Assembly: GCA_002862305.1 (NCBI GenBank)
Contig: PKCS01000054.1
Coordinates: 7,848-71,847 of the forward strand
Source of the DNA: Phycisphaerae bacterium
Lineage (GTDB): Bacteria > Planctomycetota > Phycisphaerae > Phycisphaerales > SM1A02
Direction: 5' to 3'
Length of the DNA stretch: 64,000 nucleotides
Shown here: positions 62,083-64,000 of the stretch, in pieces
Position numbering within the stretch: position 1 is the first letter of the stretch
Layout: each line of letters opens with the position of its first letter
Position numbers and translations under genes: made by a program
The notes under the pieces: model-generated
Databases searched by the model: none
What the model saw: only the letters and a program-made list of their open reading frames with translations
Told to the model about the DNA's origin: nothing

Positions 62083-63477
62083 TCAGTGATGGAACCCCGC
62101 GTTCTCCGCGGTCGGCCCCTGCTCGGGATGTGACTCGTAGAAGTCCACCACGCGCTTGATGTCGGTGAACAGGTTGTCGGCCATGTCGAGGCTGAAGTCC
62201 TCCTTGACCACGACTCGCTGGACCACGAGGTCGGAGCGGTTCCTCGGCATCGGGTAGGCCGGGACCAGCCAACCACGCTCACGGAGCTTCTCGGCCACGT
62301 CGTAGAGGGTGAAGTTCGCGGTCTTGGCGTACTCGTCATCGAGCTTCCAGCAGAAGACCGGGATGTCGCTGCCGTCGGTGATCAGGTCGAAGGCAGGAAG
62401 CTCGCCGATCCGCTTGCTGAGGGACCGGGCGACCGCGCGGCTCGCCTCGTGGACCTTCCGGTAGCCGGACTTGCCGAGTCGCAGGAAGTTGTAGTACTGC
62501 CCGATGATCCGGTTCCCCGGGCGGGAGAAGTTGATCGAGAGGTCGAGCATGTCACCTCCGAGGTACTTGACGTGGAACACCAGTTCCTCGGGCAGGTCCT
62601 CGGGCTCCCGGAAGATGACCCAGCCCACCCCGGGGTAGACGAGCCCGTACTTGTGCCCGGAGGCGTTGATGGACTTGACCCTGGGGAGCCTGAAGTCCCA
62701 CTTGATCTCCGGCTGCAGGAACGGTGCGACGAATCCGCCGCTGGCGCCGTCGACGTGGATGGGGACGTCGATACCGGTCCGCTTCTCGTGCTCGTCCAGG
62801 GCCTGGGACAGCTCCTCGATCGGTTCGTAGCGCCCGTCGAAGGTCGAGCCCATGATCCCGACCACCCCGATGGTGTTCTCGTCGACCAGCTTCACCGCCT
62901 CCTCCGGACTGAGGGTGTAGCGATCCCCCTCACAGGTGACCTCGCGTGGCTCGACCTCCCAGTAGCGACAGAACTTGTGCCAGCAGACCTGGACGTTCGC
63001 GCCCATGATCAGGTTCGGCTTGTCGGTCGACTTGCCCGCCGCCTCCCTGCGCGCCTTCCACCGCCACTTCATGCCCATCCCACCGAGCATGCAGGCCTCG
63101 CTGGAACCGATGGTGGAGGTCCCGACGGCGTTCTCGTGGTCGGGGGCGTTCCAGAGCTCCGCGACCATCTTGATGCATCGCTGCTCGATCTGGGCGGTCT
63201 GTGGATACTCGTCGCGGTCGACCATGTTCTTGTCGAGGGCGGTACCCATGAGCTTGTTGGCCTCGTCGTCCATCCAGGTGGTGACGAAGGTCGCCAGGTT
63301 CAGCATGGAGTATCCGTCGAGCCTGAGCTCGTCGTGGATGATCTGGTAGGCGGTCGCCGGCAGCATGCTCTGCTCGGGCAGGGTGAACTTCGGCACCTCG
63401 TGCTCGAGGGCGCGGGCGGCGTAGGTGGGGACCAGGCTCGAGCTGGGACTCTCGTCGCTTCTTGATTCCTTGGGCAA
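62083..63477 (-). CDS. gad: Glutamate decarboxylase (PLP-dependent)
   Basis: TTG start with AGGAG 7 nt upstream. LNLATFVTTWMDDEANKL and INASGHKYGLVYPGVGWVIFR (PLP-Lys); ~464 aa, GadA/B-like throughout. Confidence 0.93.
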   Translation of the reverse strand: MPKESRSDESPSSSLVPTYAARALEHEVPKFTLPEQSMLPATAYQIIHDELRLDGYSMLNLATFVTTWMDDEANKLMGTALDKNMVDRDEYPQTAQIEQRCIKMVAELWNAPDHENAVGTSTIGSSEACMLGGMGMKWRWKARREAAGKSTDKPNLIMGANVQVCWHKFCRYWEVEPREVTCEGDRYTLSPEEAVKLVDENTIGVVGIMGSTFDGRYEPIEELSQALDEHEKRTGIDVPIHVDGASGGFVAPFLQPEIKWDFRLPRVKSINASGHKYGLVYPGVGWVIFREPEDLPEELVFHVKYLGGDMLDLSINFSRPGNRIIGQYYNFLRLGKSGYRKVHEASRAVARSLSKRIGELPAFDLITDGSDIPVFCWKLDDEYAKTANFTLYDVAEKLRERGWLVPAYPMPRNRSDLVVQRVVVKEDFSLDMADNLFTDIKRVVDFYESHPEQGPTAENAGFHH

Positions 63478-63530
63478 AGGTCGTCTCCTGGATTCGTTTG
63501 GGGATTCGGGTCGTGGCCACCCGGTACTGG

Positions 63531-64000
63531 CTAGTTGCGAGTGAGTTTACGGTACTTGATCCGATGGGGCTGCTTCGCGGACTCCCCGAGCCGGCGTCTT
63601 CGGTCCTCCTCGTAGGCGCTCCAGTTCCCCGGGAACCAGGTGACCTGGGAGTCACCCTCGAAGGCGAGGATGTGGGTGGCGATCCGGTCGAGGAACCACC
63701 GGTCGTGGCTGATCACGACCGCACAGCCCGCGAAGTTCTGGATCGCCTCCTCGAGGGAGCGCATGATGTTCACGTCGAGATCGTTGGTGGGCTCGTCGAG
63801 GAGGAGGACGTTCGACTCGGAACGCAGCATGCGGGCGAGGTGCACCCGGTTCCGCTCTCCGCCGGAGAGGTCGTCGCAGATCTTCTGCTGGTCGGTGCCG
63901 GAGAACCCGAACCGGGCGACGTAGGCCCGGGAGTTCAGCTTGAGCGTGCCCAGCTTGATCTCCTCGTCCCCGTCCGAGATCGCCTCCCAGATCGATGCGC
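63531..64000 (-). CDS. ettA: ABC-F ATPase, EttA-like (partial; N-terminus outside the window)
   Basis: The frame stays open to the window end: ...SIWEAISDGDEEIKLGTLKLNSRAYVARFGFSGTDQQKICDDLSGGERNRVHLARMLRSESNVLLLDEPTNDLD...ISHDRWFLDRIATHILAFEGDSQVTWFPGNWSAYEEDRRRRLG. The ORF track shows only the last 104 aa. Confidence 0.9.
   Translation of the reverse strand, partial: ASIWEAISDGDEEIKLGTLKLNSRAYVARFGFSGTDQQKICDDLSGGERNRVHLARMLRSESNVLLLDEPTNDLDVNIMRSLEEAIQNFAGCAVVISHDRWFLDRIATHILAFEGDSQVTWFPGNWSAYEEDRRRRLGESAKQPHRIKYRKLTRN

Overview
A 64 kb, gene-dense, visibly high-GC chromosomal segment (GC judged by eye, not computed). About 58 protein genes are supported, plus one tRNA-Leu(UAG). I saw no rRNA, CRISPR array, transposase, integrase or prophage signature. 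The content is mostly housekeeping. It includes central and propionate-type metabolism: fbp, thiolase, ahcY, acyl-CoA mutase large subunit, hbd, prpC/prpB, gcvT, class II DAHP synthase and gad. It also includes a pilM-N-O-P-like-pilB type IV pilus assembly block and hisS coupled to a futalosine-hydrolase-like gene. An AddAB-like helicase-nuclease pair is present. The outer-membrane block is bamA, 2x skp, lpxD and a fused lpxC/fabZ. Several features together suggest a Planctomycetota/PVC-like organism; this is inference only. They are the LpxC-FabZ fusion, a PEP-CTERM-like protein, an ECF sigma plus Ser/Thr kinase pair, a TPR protein with two RpoA alpha-CTD-like domains, and the futalosine marker. 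The ORF track is full of long antisense or out-of-frame shadow ORFs typical of high GC. It also misses two edge-truncated genes (fbp at 1..780 and ettA at 63531..64000) and a 40-aa ORF. No single obvious novel system such as a defence island stands out. The items most worth a second look are listed here. (1) Two orphan promoter/terminator-delimited non-coding units, at about 19.75-20.2 kb (minus strand) and about 42.8-42.9 kb (plus strand). (2) A translationally coupled KS / His-less KS-like / membrane-protein operon. (3) A TPR protein with tandem alpha-CTD domains. (4) An ECF sigma and membrane Ser/Thr kinase module with no anti-sigma factor. (5) A pair of secreted proteins built from YHS/TRASH-like repeats. 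(6) A Coq4-motif protein in an apparent menaquinone (futalosine) organism. All functional calls come from motif recognition by eye; no database search was run.
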